Source of the DNA: Mucilaginibacter sp. | GTDB taxonomy: Bacteria; Bacteroidota; Bacteroidia; Sphingobacteriales; Sphingobacteriaceae | DNA: 55,917 nucleotides | Reading direction: 5' to 3' | Assembly (NCBI GenBank): GCA_028287865.1 | Contig: JAQBOU010000235.1 | Coordinates: 1-55,917, forward strand | Notes under the pieces: model-generated | Seen by the model: only the letters and a program-made list of their open reading frames with translations | Database searches by the model: none | What the model was told of the DNA's origin: nothing | Shown here: in pieces, positions 1 to 10,083 of the stretch | Numbering within the stretch: the first letter of the stretch is position 1 | Layout of the letters: each line of letters opens with the position of its first letter | Translations under genes and position numbers: made by a program

Positions 1-30
1 TGTATTGTCTTCATTTTTGTCGAATTTAAA

Positions 31-2754
31 TTATAAAGAATACCTGAAACCAACGTTAAAACTCGCGTTATACAAATCTTTTGATTGCACCAGGTTATTG
101 ATCTTTAATGTAGTTGGTGTATTTAAAATGTTATTAACTTTAGCAGTAAGCGTAAAATGTTTGCTTACCTGCTTTTCGCCTGATAAGGCAAGAAATGATT
201 GGGGTTGCTGATAATAATCATAACCGTAATCAGGATATACCAAAGCTAAAGTTCTGCTTGTATAAGTATAGGCTAATTGCACAAACTCTTTGTGCTTATC
301 ATTTTTGTACAGTAACGATAAGTTAAATACATCGCCTGTTTGGCCTTGCAAAGGCCTGTTTTGTAACTTATAAACGGGAAGGTTATTTACAGGAGCTGCA
401 TTAGGATCTACCTTTGGAGATTGAACATTTGAATAGGTATAAGTATAATTACCGGATATACCCAGGTTGCCGAAATACCTGCTGTATACAACTTCAACGC
501 CTGCCACTTTAGCTGTACCAAAGTTTTGCGGACTGGTTTGCTCCTGTCCCCCTAAAAGGCTGACTAATGCAAATTCAATTGGATTTTTAATTTCTTTGTA
601 AAAACCACCTATAAAAAACTGTTCTTCATTTTTAGGATAAAGCTCATAACGTATATCATAGTTGTCTGCTTCAGAGTGTTTAACCAGTGGATTACCTGTT
701 ACGTCACTACTTTCTCCGAGTGTGGCGGTTGGTACCAATTCATATAAAGCAGGGCGGGCAATTGATTTAAAATAGGATGCCCTTAAATTTGATTTATCTG
801 TTAAGCTATATTTTAAATTTAAACTAGGTAAAACATCTGTGTAAGTTTTCACCGCAGCACTGAATATATCAACTACAACCGGGTGGGTTAAGTATGCTTG
901 TTTTGTTCCTTCAACACGCACGCCGCCTATAATATCAAGTTTATTAAGCGTCAATTTAAATTCACCGTACTCTGAAGTTATATTTTCATAGGCAGTATAG
1001 TTAGCTTTATCGCTGGTGGAAGTACCGGTAACATTATATACTACCCATGGTGCATTATATATATCAGTAAATTCTGCCTTAACCCCGTTTGTTTCAGTTG
1101 AAGGTCGTAATGTGTATGCGTTTTGATTAGTATAGCGGGTGCTATGGCGGTATAATCCACCAGCTTTTAATTCCAGCGAACTTTGAGCGCCTAACCCGGT
1201 TTTATAACTTAAATTGGCAGTAGCACTAAGGTCTTTATTTTCATTTTTCTCCCATATCCTTGATATAGCATCAAAGTAGTTAGGTGTGCTTGTGAAGTCA
1301 GGATTAATCAAATGATTTGTTGACAGATCTGCTCTATCAGGTGAGTTGGCTATTGCATCTGAATATAAACCGGCCCAATCAAACTGAAAATGATTTGAAA
1401 GGATATGCTTACCATCCAATTTTAAATTTTCAACATATTGCCGTTGTATGTAAGAACGGTTATCATTAAATACCGTACCTGTACCAGGGCCTACCCTACC
1501 ACCATTACCACCAATTATTGAAGTATCAATACTTAAACGTGCTTGTGCAATGTAAGTGTAAAGGAATACATTACTCAAACCAATCTTGTTTTTATCGTCA
1601 AACTTATAGTCTAAATGTGCAGATAAACCATTATTTAACTGCTGGGTTGAGTATGTTCTGTTTGCAATATCTGATATAACTGGTTGAAAGTTTTGTCCCG
1701 GACGGGAATCAGGCTGAGCAATATTGAATTGCGAGTTAGTACCATAATATTGATTTTGATAACTATCTGCTATAATAAAACCTAACTTATCACTAAAAAA
1801 CCTGCGGCCATAGGTAAAACTTGCCAATGCTGTAGGAGGTGCAGTTTTTTTTGTAAAATCAAGATTTGCCCTGGTAAAATATCCCGGTGGCGCAACATAA
1901 TTAGGACCAAACCTTTCAGACGGACTTTTACTTAAAACTGCACTTTGATTAAAATCATCATATTTCCTGTTAAAAAATATCGCACTATAACCAATTGATC
2001 CATCTGCTTTAAAGTACTCGTGGTCTGGTGCATCTTTAAATATCAAGTTAACCGTACCGCCAATAGCATCGCCTTCCATTTCGGGCGTAAGTGTTTTACT
2101 AACTTCTATCCTGTCCAACAAATCGGATGGAACAATGCTTAACGAAATAAATCGCGATACCGGATCCGGACTGGTTACTTTGGCGCCATTGATCAGCGTA
2201 TTATTGTACCGTGGCTCAAGTCCTCTTATTATAGCATAAGCCTCATCAGATCCGCTATTGCGCTGTATAGTTACCGCTGAAACCCGGGTAAGCGCATTGG
2301 CAGCATTGATATCCGGCGACCTTTCCATTGCCCTTGCTGACAAAACGTTAGTGACATTACCGGCTTTTTTTTCGGATTGCCTTGACGACGACTCATTACT
2401 GGCATTTAGCTTACCATAAATATTTACCGTTTTTAGGTCTTGCGAACTAACAGAAAGTGGAATATTGATTACAAAAACCTGACCGGGTGCTATATCAACC
2501 TCTTTTTCATATTCGGCAAAACCAATGTATTTAATTTTGATTTTGTATTTACCGGGTTCGAGCTTGCTAATTTCGAAATTTCCAAAGGCATCTGTACTGG
2601 AGCCTTTATTTGTTCCGTCTAAAAGAACATAAGCAGTCGGTAATGGCTCACTTGTTTTACCGTCTGAAATTTTGCCTTTTATAACAGCGGTTTGGGCTGA
2701 GACAAAGGATACAAACAAAATAAATAAAAGGAATAAGTAAATTTTTCTGATCAT
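31..2754 (-). CDS. TonB-dependent receptor (N-terminal CarboxypepD_reg-like domain, plug, beta-barrel)
   Basis: Signal peptide from ATG 2754 (MIRKIYLFLL...SAQ); plug motifs IRGLEPRYNNTLING and DRIEVSKTLTPEMEGDAIGGTVN; C-terminal aromatic strand NVGFRYSL. Confidence 0.92.
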   Translation of the reverse strand: MIRKIYLFLLFILFVSFVSAQTAVIKGKISDGKTSEPLPTAYVLLDGTNKGSSTDAFGNFEISKLEPGKYKIKIKYIGFAEYEKEVDIAPGQVFVINIPLSVSSQDLKTVNIYGKLNASNESSSRQSEKKAGNVTNVLSARAMERSPDINAANALTRVSAVTIQRNSGSDEAYAIIRGLEPRYNNTLINGAKVTSPDPVSRFISLSIVPSDLLDRIEVSKTLTPEMEGDAIGGTVNLIFKDAPDHEYFKADGSIGYSAIFFNRKYDDFNQSAVLSKSPSERFGPNYVAPPGYFTRANLDFTKKTAPPTALASFTYGRRFFSDKLGFIIADSYQNQYYGTNSQFNIAQPDSRPGQNFQPVISDIANRTYSTQQLNNGLSAHLDYKFDDKNKIGLSNVFLYTYIAQARLSIDTSIIGGNGGRVGPGTGTVFNDNRSYIQRQYVENLKLDGKHILSNHFQFDWAGLYSDAIANSPDRADLSTNHLINPDFTSTPNYFDAISRIWEKNENKDLSATANLSYKTGLGAQSSLELKAGGLYRHSTRYTNQNAYTLRPSTETNGVKAEFTDIYNAPWVVYNVTGTSTSDKANYTAYENITSEYGEFKLTLNKLDIIGGVRVEGTKQAYLTHPVVVDIFSAAVKTYTDVLPSLNLKYSLTDKSNLRASYFKSIARPALYELVPTATLGESSDVTGNPLVKHSEADNYDIRYELYPKNEEQFFIGGFYKEIKNPIEFALVSLLGGQEQTSPQNFGTAKVAGVEVVYSRYFGNLGISGNYTYTYSNVQSPKVDPNAAPVNNLPVYKLQNRPLQGQTGDVFNLSLLYKNDKHKEFVQLAYTYTSRTLALVYPDYGYDYYQQPQSFLALSGEKQVSKHFTLTAKVNNILNTPTTLKINNLVQSKDLYNASFNVGFRYSL

Positions 2755-3050
2755 ACGATGGGTGATTTTTAGCAAATCATCATGTAGATTCTGGAGAAAT
2801 TCTGAATAATATTACATCCGTAAGATCGTTAACTCATTCATAATTAAAACTTAACAAACGCCTGGTAACGGCGGAAAAAATTATCGTTTAGTACTTATAA
2901 TAATCATAATAATTTAATAGAAAAAATTAGCAAATCACCCTTCAAAACCGTACTAGACGGTCGGCTTGATTCAATAATCAGTTACAATAAATATTATATT
3001 CAGTAATAATCTCATATTTACCTATGGATAACCATATATGTTTTGTAAAA

Positions 3051-3836
3051 TCACATACCCGGAATTTTAATTCCTGCATCTTTTATATCCTGCAGAATGG
3101 CTTCCTGTACAGCTAATTTAGTATCCTGAAATCCATGCGCGTTTATCCACACATTAATACTTAATATATAACCGTCGGCCTGCAATTCACCCACGCCTAT
3201 CCTTCTTTCGGGGGTGGCAAGTATATTTTCCGACTTATCAATTGCCGCGTTAATAATAGATCTAACCTGTTTAATATCAATACTATTGCTAAATTTCATA
3301 TTGATCTCCAATCGCCGGCTGCCTTCCCGGCTTACATTAATTATAACCTGGTTGGATAACTGGCTGTTAGGAACAATCAAATCTCTGTTGTCATAGGTTT
3401 TTATTAATGTGTAAAATATCTGGATGGACATAACAGTACCTTCCATTCCCTGCGTTATAATATTATCCCCTACTGCAAAAGGTTTTAGCAAAAGGATAAG
3501 AACGCCACTTGCAAAATTTTGCAGCGTGCCTGAAAGTGCCAGACCGGCAGCAACACCAAATGCCCCAACCAAAGCTGCAAACAAGGTCATTTTTATACCA
3601 ATGATCTGCATTACCCCTAATATGAGCAACGCCCTTAAAGCCACGGCAAGCAGACTCATTAAAAACGGCTTTACCGAAGGGTCGACGTTTTTTTGATGCA
3701 TGCGCGAATGCGACCAGTTAACAAATAGTTTAATGAGCCATAAACCGACTATCAGAACCAATATCCCAATGATAAAACCAGGGCCATATTGTAATACCCA
3801 GCTATAAACATGCTCGTAAAATTTATCAAGTTTCAT
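3051..3836 (-). CDS. mscS: Small-conductance mechanosensitive channel
   Basis: TM3 motif GAFGVAAGLALSGTLQNFASGVLILLLKPFAVGD; IVPNSQL. Confidence 0.9.
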   Translation of the reverse strand: MKLDKFYEHVYSWVLQYGPGFIIGILVLIVGLWLIKLFVNWSHSRMHQKNVDPSVKPFLMSLLAVALRALLILGVMQIIGIKMTLFAALVGAFGVAAGLALSGTLQNFASGVLILLLKPFAVGDNIITQGMEGTVMSIQIFYTLIKTYDNRDLIVPNSQLSNQVIINVSREGSRRLEINMKFSNSIDIKQVRSIINAAIDKSENILATPERRIGVGELQADGYILSINVWINAHGFQDTKLAVQEAILQDIKDAGIKIPGM

Positions 3837-4113
3837 CTTTTCACTTATTCTTTAAAAAGGAGGTTGATTTTGCTCCCGGTTCGATATACTTTTTAGTTGT
3901 ATAATACATTTAAAATCAATAAATGGTTTTCAACCTGCCTGCCATACATGAATCAACTAATTGGTATCATAAATTCACTTCGAATAGTATGTACACCAAC
4001 ATAATGAAGTTAGCGATTTATATTGTCCATAAGAAAATTCAACAGTTAACAAAAACCAACAAATAGGCAATTTGTTAATTAGACACACATTTATTTAACT
4101 TAAACAAAAAATT

Positions 4114-4719
4114 ATGAAAAAACTACATTTTATCATGCCGGTACTGCTCATATCCGGCATGTTTATGGCATGTAATAATAATGCCAAGGACAGTAAGGCA
4201 GCTGCCGATAGTGCCAATGCGGCAAAAGACACTACTAAAACCGCAGCGACTGACACGTCAAAATCCGCCACCTCAGGTGCAGGTGTTGATAAAGATGATG
4301 CTAAATTTGCCGTGGAGGCCGCAAATGGCGGGATGGCCGAAGTGGAATTAGGCACACTTGCCCAGCAAAAGGCAAGCAATCAGAAAGTAAAAGATTTTGG
4401 TGCAATGATGGTAACCGATCATACCAAGGCAAATAACGAAATGATTGCATTGGCCAAAACAAAAAACATTACTTTACCAACAGCTATTAGCTCGGATGAG
4501 CAAAAGACTAAAGATGATCTCTCAAAAAAATCAGCGGGTGATTTTGATAAGGCTTATGTGAGCAATATGATCGACGATCATAAAAAGGACATTAAAGCTT
4601 TTGAAGATGCATCCAAAAACTGTAAAGATCCGGATTTAAAAGCTTTTGCTGTCAAAACTTTGCCCACGCTAAAAATGCATCTCGATGCAATCCAAAAAAT
4701 TCATGATAGCATGAAATAA
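4114..4719 (+). CDS. DUF4142 domain lipoprotein
   Basis: Lipobox FMAC; AANGGMAEVELG...MVTDHTKAN...FDKAYVSNMIDDHKKDI...TLPTLKMHL is the DUF4142 pattern. Confidence 0.85.
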   Translation: MKKLHFIMPVLLISGMFMACNNNAKDSKAAADSANAAKDTTKTAATDTSKSATSGAGVDKDDAKFAVEAANGGMAEVELGTLAQQKASNQKVKDFGAMMVTDHTKANNEMIALAKTKNITLPTAISSDEQKTKDDLSKKSAGDFDKAYVSNMIDDHKKDIKAFEDASKNCKDPDLKAFAVKTLPTLKMHLDAIQKIHDSMK

Positions 4720-4738
4720 CAGTGATATTTCTTACAGG

Positions 4739-4785
4739 CACAATAAAAGAAGGCTATCGGTTGCCGATAGCCTTCTTTTATTGTG
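4739..4785. terminator. Bidirectional intrinsic terminator between convergent genes
   Basis: Perfect 22-bp inverted repeat around loop TTG (core CAATAAAAGAAGGCTATCGG / CCGATAGCCTTCTTTTATTG). Confidence 0.9.
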
Positions 4786-4786
4786 A

Positions 4787-5977
4787 TTAAACGGCGACTG
4801 CTTCTCGTTCTTCAACAGCCCTTTTAGCTTTTTCCGGGCTTTTTCCCGGTTTCAGGATCACCTTAGTCCATCCGTTATCACGTGCATCAAAATGCTTGTA
4901 TGCATCCGGTGCTTCATCAAGCGAAAGTTCGTGGGAGATAATCGACGATGGTTTAGCTTTACCGCTGGAAATCAATTCACAAAGCTGGCGATTGTAGTTT
5001 TTAACGTTGGCCTGGCCTGTTGCCATGCTCATTCCCTTCATCCAGAAATTACCGAAATCGAAATCCATATGGCCTTTTTGTTCAAGCGGATCATCGGCTT
5101 TAGGGTCTTTGGCTACAAAAACGCCAACCACCCCAATGGAGCCGGTGGCTTTTACAGCCTGCACAAGTTCGTTCATCGTCACGTTATTATGTTCATGTCC
5201 ATGTTTATCGCAACATTGATAACCTACGCATTCGCAGCCACGATCAGCACCCAACCCATTGGTTTCTTCTTTTATCTGCTCAACAGCAGACCCTTTTGAA
5301 AAGTCAATTGGGATTGCGCCCAGCTCTTCAGCCAGTTTTAAACGGTCGGGATGATTATCCACTACCATAATCTTGTTAGCTCCCTTGATACCGGCAGATA
5401 GGGCGGCCATTAATCCAACTGGCCCGGCGCCATAAATAACTACATTATCCCCTGGTTTTACCCCTGCCAGTTGGGTTGCATGGTAGCCTGTGGGAAAAAT
5501 ATCAGATAACATTACATAATCATTTTCTTTTTCTTTCGCATCTTCGGGCAATTTCAGGCAATTAAAATCTCCGTTGGGCACTCGTAAATATTCAGCCTGA
5601 CCGCCATTATAGGGGCCCATTCCGGCAAAGCCATAAGCTGCACCTGCAAAGCCTGGATTCATTGTTAAACAAAAGCCGGTAAGCCCGCTTTCACAATTTT
5701 TACAGTGGCCGCACCCTATGTTAAAGGGCATACACACCATGTCTCCTACCTTAAGGTTTACTACTGCTTTGCCTACTTCAATCACCTCTCCCAAGTTTTC
5801 GTGACCGAATATCCGGCCCGATTCCATGTCAGTTCTGCCCTCATACATATGCAGGTCTGAACCGCAAATGTTAGTGGTAGTGATCTTTATAAGTACATCA
5901 GTTGGTTGTTCAATTTGGGGGTCGGGCATTTCGGATACTCTAACATCCTTAGGTCCGTAATAAACGAGTGCTTTCAT
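4787..5977 (-). CDS. Glutathione-independent formaldehyde dehydrogenase-like zinc alcohol dehydrogenase (MDR)
   Basis: Start MKALVYYG at 5977; ICGSDLHMYEGR, GHENLG, CGHCKNC..C zinc ligands, LSDIFPTG, GAGPVG. Confidence 0.9.
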   Translation of the reverse strand: MKALVYYGPKDVRVSEMPDPQIEQPTDVLIKITTTNICGSDLHMYEGRTDMESGRIFGHENLGEVIEVGKAVVNLKVGDMVCMPFNIGCGHCKNCESGLTGFCLTMNPGFAGAAYGFAGMGPYNGGQAEYLRVPNGDFNCLKLPEDAKEKENDYVMLSDIFPTGYHATQLAGVKPGDNVVIYGAGPVGLMAALSAGIKGANKIMVVDNHPDRLKLAEELGAIPIDFSKGSAVEQIKEETNGLGADRGCECVGYQCCDKHGHEHNNVTMNELVQAVKATGSIGVVGVFVAKDPKADDPLEQKGHMDFDFGNFWMKGMSMATGQANVKNYNRQLCELISSGKAKPSSIISHELSLDEAPDAYKHFDARDNGWTKVILKPGKSPEKAKRAVEEREAVAV

Positions 5978-6630
5978 TTTATAAATTTTTAAGTGAAATA
6001 ATAATGCTGGTTTATACTCTGCCTCAACCTCTATTCCATAAATGGAAATAATCATTTAATTTATTAACTATAAGATAAATTTTTAATTTTTACTAAATAA
6101 GCACAAGTTGGTATAATTTATGTTATCTGTTAGAATTAAGTACAGTGTCCTTTAAGCCAAAGCATGTAATAGTAAAGTGTATTGTTTTAGAAAAGCAATT
6201 TATTGTTGATCAACCTATCCGCTTTAATGAATAGTTGTTGGCCCATTTAAAAACAAACGCTAGCTAAGAGTTACTTTATTAGGTTTTAATAGTTTGAAGA
6301 TCGCATCTTGAAATTAGCCCGATACCAACAGACTCTTGAAAAAGGTACAAGCGTTTTTCTTCTCGTACATCCCCGGCCAGCTTTTAACATCAGTTACCAA
6401 AAGGAATTAGCTCAAACTAAACTTAAGTAACTACGTATCACAGGATGCTTTGAGTCGAGACTATAAATATTATTCAAAGTGCTTTATTTTAATTTATACA
6501 TAACTAAAAAGCTAATAATCAAACAGTTCTTTAATAAAATTACTAATATGTTTTAACCCTTGATTTACATAATGTATCAATAAAGATAGATTACGGCATT
6601 TTTGAAAACCTAATTTATATATTAGCGGAT

Positions 6631-7638
6631 ATGTATAGCCGTCGCAAATTTATAAAAGTGTCGGCTGCAGGTGCTTCACTTGCAGCCCTTTCCTCATCCG
6701 CAATTGCAAGATCAACCTTAATAAAACCCGCCGCTAACTATCCAATTGTTATTTCTACCTGGGATTTCGGCGTTGCCGCTAACCAGGAAGCCTGGAAAAC
6801 GCTCGGAAATGGCGGCAGGGCATTGGATGCTGTTGAGGCAGGTGTAAAGATCCCCGAAGCGGATATGAACAATCATAGCGTAGGCCGGGCTGGTTATCCC
6901 GACCGCGACGGTCATGTAACGCTTGACGCCTGTATCATGGATGAACTGGGTAATTGCGGTGCAGTAGCGGGTATTGAATACATAGCGCACCCCATATCTG
7001 TTGCGCGCCTGGTAATGGAAAAAACGCCCCATGTGATGCTTGTTGGAGAGGGCGCCACCCAGTTTGCCGTTGAGCAGGGCTTTAAAAAAGAGAAACTCCT
7101 TACCCCCGAATCAGAAAAAGCCTGGAAAGAATGGCTTAAAACAGCTAAATATTCGCCGGTAATTAATTTCGAAAATAAACAACATATTCCCGGTAACCAG
7201 TATAACCATGATACTATCGGCATGCTTGCAATTGATGCAAAGGGGAATATTTCGGGAGCGTGTACTACAAGCGGCATGGCTTTTAAATTGCATGGCCGGG
7301 TTGGCGATAGTCCCATAATTGGTGCGGGCCTTTACGTTGATAACGAAATAGGCGGCGCAACGTCAACCGGCGTTGGCGAAGAAGTGATACGTAACGTAGG
7401 AAGCTTCCTGGTGGTTGAGCTGATGCGCCAGGGCCTTTCACCTGAAGATGCCTGTAAAGAAGCGGTGAGGCGCATCATAAAAAAGAAACCGGATACTGCA
7501 AAAGAGATACAGGTTGGGTTTTTGGCCATCAATAAAAAGGGCGAATATGGTGCTTTTGCTATTCAGAAAGGATTTTCATTCGCCGTTTGTAATGCAGAAA
7601 AGCAAGACCTGATCATTCCCGGCAAAAGCTTTTATTAA
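6631..7638 (+). CDS. aspG: N(4)-(beta-N-acetylglucosaminyl)-L-asparaginase (glycosylasparaginase), Tat-exported
   Basis: SRRKFIK Tat signal; autocleavage site HD|TIGM; TTSG and GRVGDSPIIGAG. Confidence 0.9.
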   Translation: MYSRRKFIKVSAAGASLAALSSSAIARSTLIKPAANYPIVISTWDFGVAANQEAWKTLGNGGRALDAVEAGVKIPEADMNNHSVGRAGYPDRDGHVTLDACIMDELGNCGAVAGIEYIAHPISVARLVMEKTPHVMLVGEGATQFAVEQGFKKEKLLTPESEKAWKEWLKTAKYSPVINFENKQHIPGNQYNHDTIGMLAIDAKGNISGACTTSGMAFKLHGRVGDSPIIGAGLYVDNEIGGATSTGVGEEVIRNVGSFLVVELMRQGLSPEDACKEAVRRIIKKKPDTAKEIQVGFLAINKKGEYGAFAIQKGFSFAVCNAEKQDLIIPGKSFY

Positions 7639-7788
7639 AACCTGTGTTATTGTCTAAAAATTGAACCCGGTGATTTTAAGGTAAGTATCTATTATAACCA
7701 ATCGAAAAATTATTCGTAAAAAAGAGAAAAGTGTTCCATAAGGATTTTATTTGCTGTAACTATTTTTAACATAAGCCGTCCCATAATA

Positions 7789-8544
7789 ATGAATCCACCC
7801 GTAATACTTGAAATTTGTGCTAATTCTGTAACATCAGCATTAGCGGCACAGGATGGAGGAGCCGCACGTATTGAACTTTGTGAAAATTTATACGAAGGCG
7901 GAACAACCCCGTCACATGGACAAATATTAATGGCCCGTAAGCTATTGCATATTAAATTATATGTTTTGATAAGGCCCCGCGGAGGTGATTTTTTATATAC
8001 TGATTTGGAATTTGATATAATGATGGCTGATGTACGGTACTGCATTGAAGCAGGCTGTGATGGCATTGTTATCGGGATATTGAATGCTGACGGCACCGTT
8101 GATAAAAAGCGTTGTGCTGAATTGGTAAATATGGCCAGGCAATGGGGCCTTGGGGTAACATTTCACCGAGCGTTTGATATGTGTACCGATCTGTTCCAGG
8201 CTCTGGAAGATATTATTGAATTGGGTTGTGAGCGGATTTTAACATCAGGCGGAAAAAGCACCGCAATGGAAGGCATTAACGTACTTGCACACTTAATTGA
8301 AAAAGCGGCGGGCCGCATAAAGATTATGCCCGGAAGCGGGATCAGTGAAACGAATGTCGCCGACCTGGTATATTTTACAAAGGCGACAGAAGTACATACC
8401 TCTGCTAAGATACGTGTAGAAAGCAAAATGGATTATAGAAACAGCCGCATCATTATGGGCAGTAATTATGGTGACGAATACAGTAATGATATAACAGATA
8501 CCAACCGGGTTAAAAATATACTTAAAATGGCAAATAATCGGTAA
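7789..8544 (+). CDS. cutC: CutC family protein
   Basis: LEICANS, RIELC..L.EGGTTPS, IRPRGGDFLY, TFHRAFD, RILTSGG. Confidence 0.93.
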   Translation: MNPPVILEICANSVTSALAAQDGGAARIELCENLYEGGTTPSHGQILMARKLLHIKLYVLIRPRGGDFLYTDLEFDIMMADVRYCIEAGCDGIVIGILNADGTVDKKRCAELVNMARQWGLGVTFHRAFDMCTDLFQALEDIIELGCERILTSGGKSTAMEGINVLAHLIEKAAGRIKIMPGSGISETNVADLVYFTKATEVHTSAKIRVESKMDYRNSRIIMGSNYGDEYSNDITDTNRVKNILKMANNR

Positions 8545-8555
8545 TACCAGCTCAT

Positions 8556-9359
8556 TTACCTGGTAAAAGTTTTTTGGAGACTTTTAGCTTCAATAAACAA
8601 ATAATCTCCATGCTCATTATTATACCTGTTTTGTATTTCTATAAATTTTCCTGTTTCTATATCTTCTGAAAGCTTTGAAAGCCCCTTTTCAACTTCGTCA
8701 ACGTTAGCAAGCGCGGAAAATGAAGCAATCCCTTTTCTGATCGTCTCATTAAAATAAAGCTTGGGTTGATACTTTCCTGAATACAAAAAATGGTCTCGCA
8801 GATCTTCATGTACAAAATATTTTTCGGTAGTTATTAATTCAAACCCTGAGTTTGTCAAAGCATCTTTGATGCTATCCATCGCCGGCATCTGATCAATTGA
8901 TGACTTTAACATTTCGGGAAAATAATAGTTGAGCCAATAGCCGTTCATTTGTTCAGGCGTTGCAGTAAATAACACAACAGTTCCGTTTTCTTTGGTTACC
9001 CGGTGAATTTCTTTAAAAGATTGCTCCAGATCTGTCCAGTGATGAATAGTTAATGTGGCTATCACGCTATTAAAAGTATCATCAATTACTGGGAGGCATT
9101 CAGCTGATCCCTTCAGCCAGCTAATTTTCCCGCTACGTTTTCGCGCTTCCTGAAGCATATTTTCGGATGGATCTACTCCTGTAAAATTTAATCCAAGGTT
9201 TGACAAAGCAATGGTATAATTTCCGGTTCCGCAGCCTATATCCAGAAATAGATCACCAGGTTCAGGTTTCAAAAAACAAACAAGGCGACCAGTTAAATAA
9301 GGATCGGCCTGTCTTGTTATATTATAACCTGAACTGATTGCATTATATTTTGTTTCCAT
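8556..9359 (-). CDS. Class I SAM-dependent methyltransferase
   Basis: LDIGCGTGNY motif I; GVDPSENML; TIHHW. Confidence 0.85.
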   Translation of the reverse strand: METKYNAISSGYNITRQADPYLTGRLVCFLKPEPGDLFLDIGCGTGNYTIALSNLGLNFTGVDPSENMLQEARKRSGKISWLKGSAECLPVIDDTFNSVIATLTIHHWTDLEQSFKEIHRVTKENGTVVLFTATPEQMNGYWLNYYFPEMLKSSIDQMPAMDSIKDALTNSGFELITTEKYFVHEDLRDHFLYSGKYQPKLYFNETIRKGIASFSALANVDEVEKGLSKLSEDIETGKFIEIQNRYNNEHGDYLFIEAKSLQKTFTR

Positions 9360-9583
9360 TGTTGTAATTTAAGAAGCATCGAAAAAGCACCTAAGTCTCC
9401 GGAACAATCAATGAAAGTTAAGGCTTTTTAATTTTATATATCTTACTAAATGTTTGTGGTAATTACTTGCAGGTTATAGTATCGGAAATATTAAAAGTGA
9501 TTTAAGAAACCTAAATCACGCAGAAAATCAGCGTTGAATTTATCACTAGAACTCGCTTTACAAAGAAATCAGGGTTATTTTTT

Positions 9584-9597
9584 CGGGAACGTTACCG
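9584..9597. promoter_or_regulatory. Putative LacI-family operator (distal copy)
   Basis: Near-palindrome CGGGAACGTTACCG; exact reverse complement at 10017-10030. Confidence 0.6.
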
Positions 9598-10016
9598 GTA
9601 ATAAATTAACCTTAAGTGAAAAACACTTAGTGTATCAAATACATCCATGTATCTTAAAATAATAGTCCACAGCTGTAATTAGGCGGAAAATTAAACTTTA
9701 ATCGTAACGCAAATTATCTAAAATAATATTTCTATTAAGTTAATATAAAGAGCAAAATATTATTAAAGATTAATTTTATAATTTTAGATAATTAATTTGG
9801 AAATATTATTCATTACCGTACCTTAGCTTCAGTGTGTATCGCTACACAAATTATAAACCAATAATACCTGTTACCCTATTTCAGTTTCTAACTAAAAAAG
9901 ATAGTTAAAGCAAATGTCATTTTAAGGATAAGCTTTTTTTTCTTAATGGAAGAGGCATGCGTTTATAAAACAAATTATATGCTTTAATCATCAAGTTAAT
10001 AACTGCACGATTGTTT

Positions 10017-10030
10017 CGGTAACGTTCCCG
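10017..10030. promoter_or_regulatory. Putative LacI-family operator (proximal copy) upstream of alpha-amylase
   Basis: CGGTAACGTTCCCG with central AACGTT, 54 bp upstream of the amylase ATG. Confidence 0.65.
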
Positions 10031-10083
10031 GAAATTAAATTATTAACAATAAATCAAATACCAATTTACTTAAACCAACAATT

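Noticed and set aside
6293-6429. Open stretch FEDRILKLARYQQ...YQKELAQTKLK in the 650-bp fdh-aspG gap
   Set aside because: No ATG start (only an internal TTG) and no recognisable family; might be a gene remnant but cannot be supported without a search.
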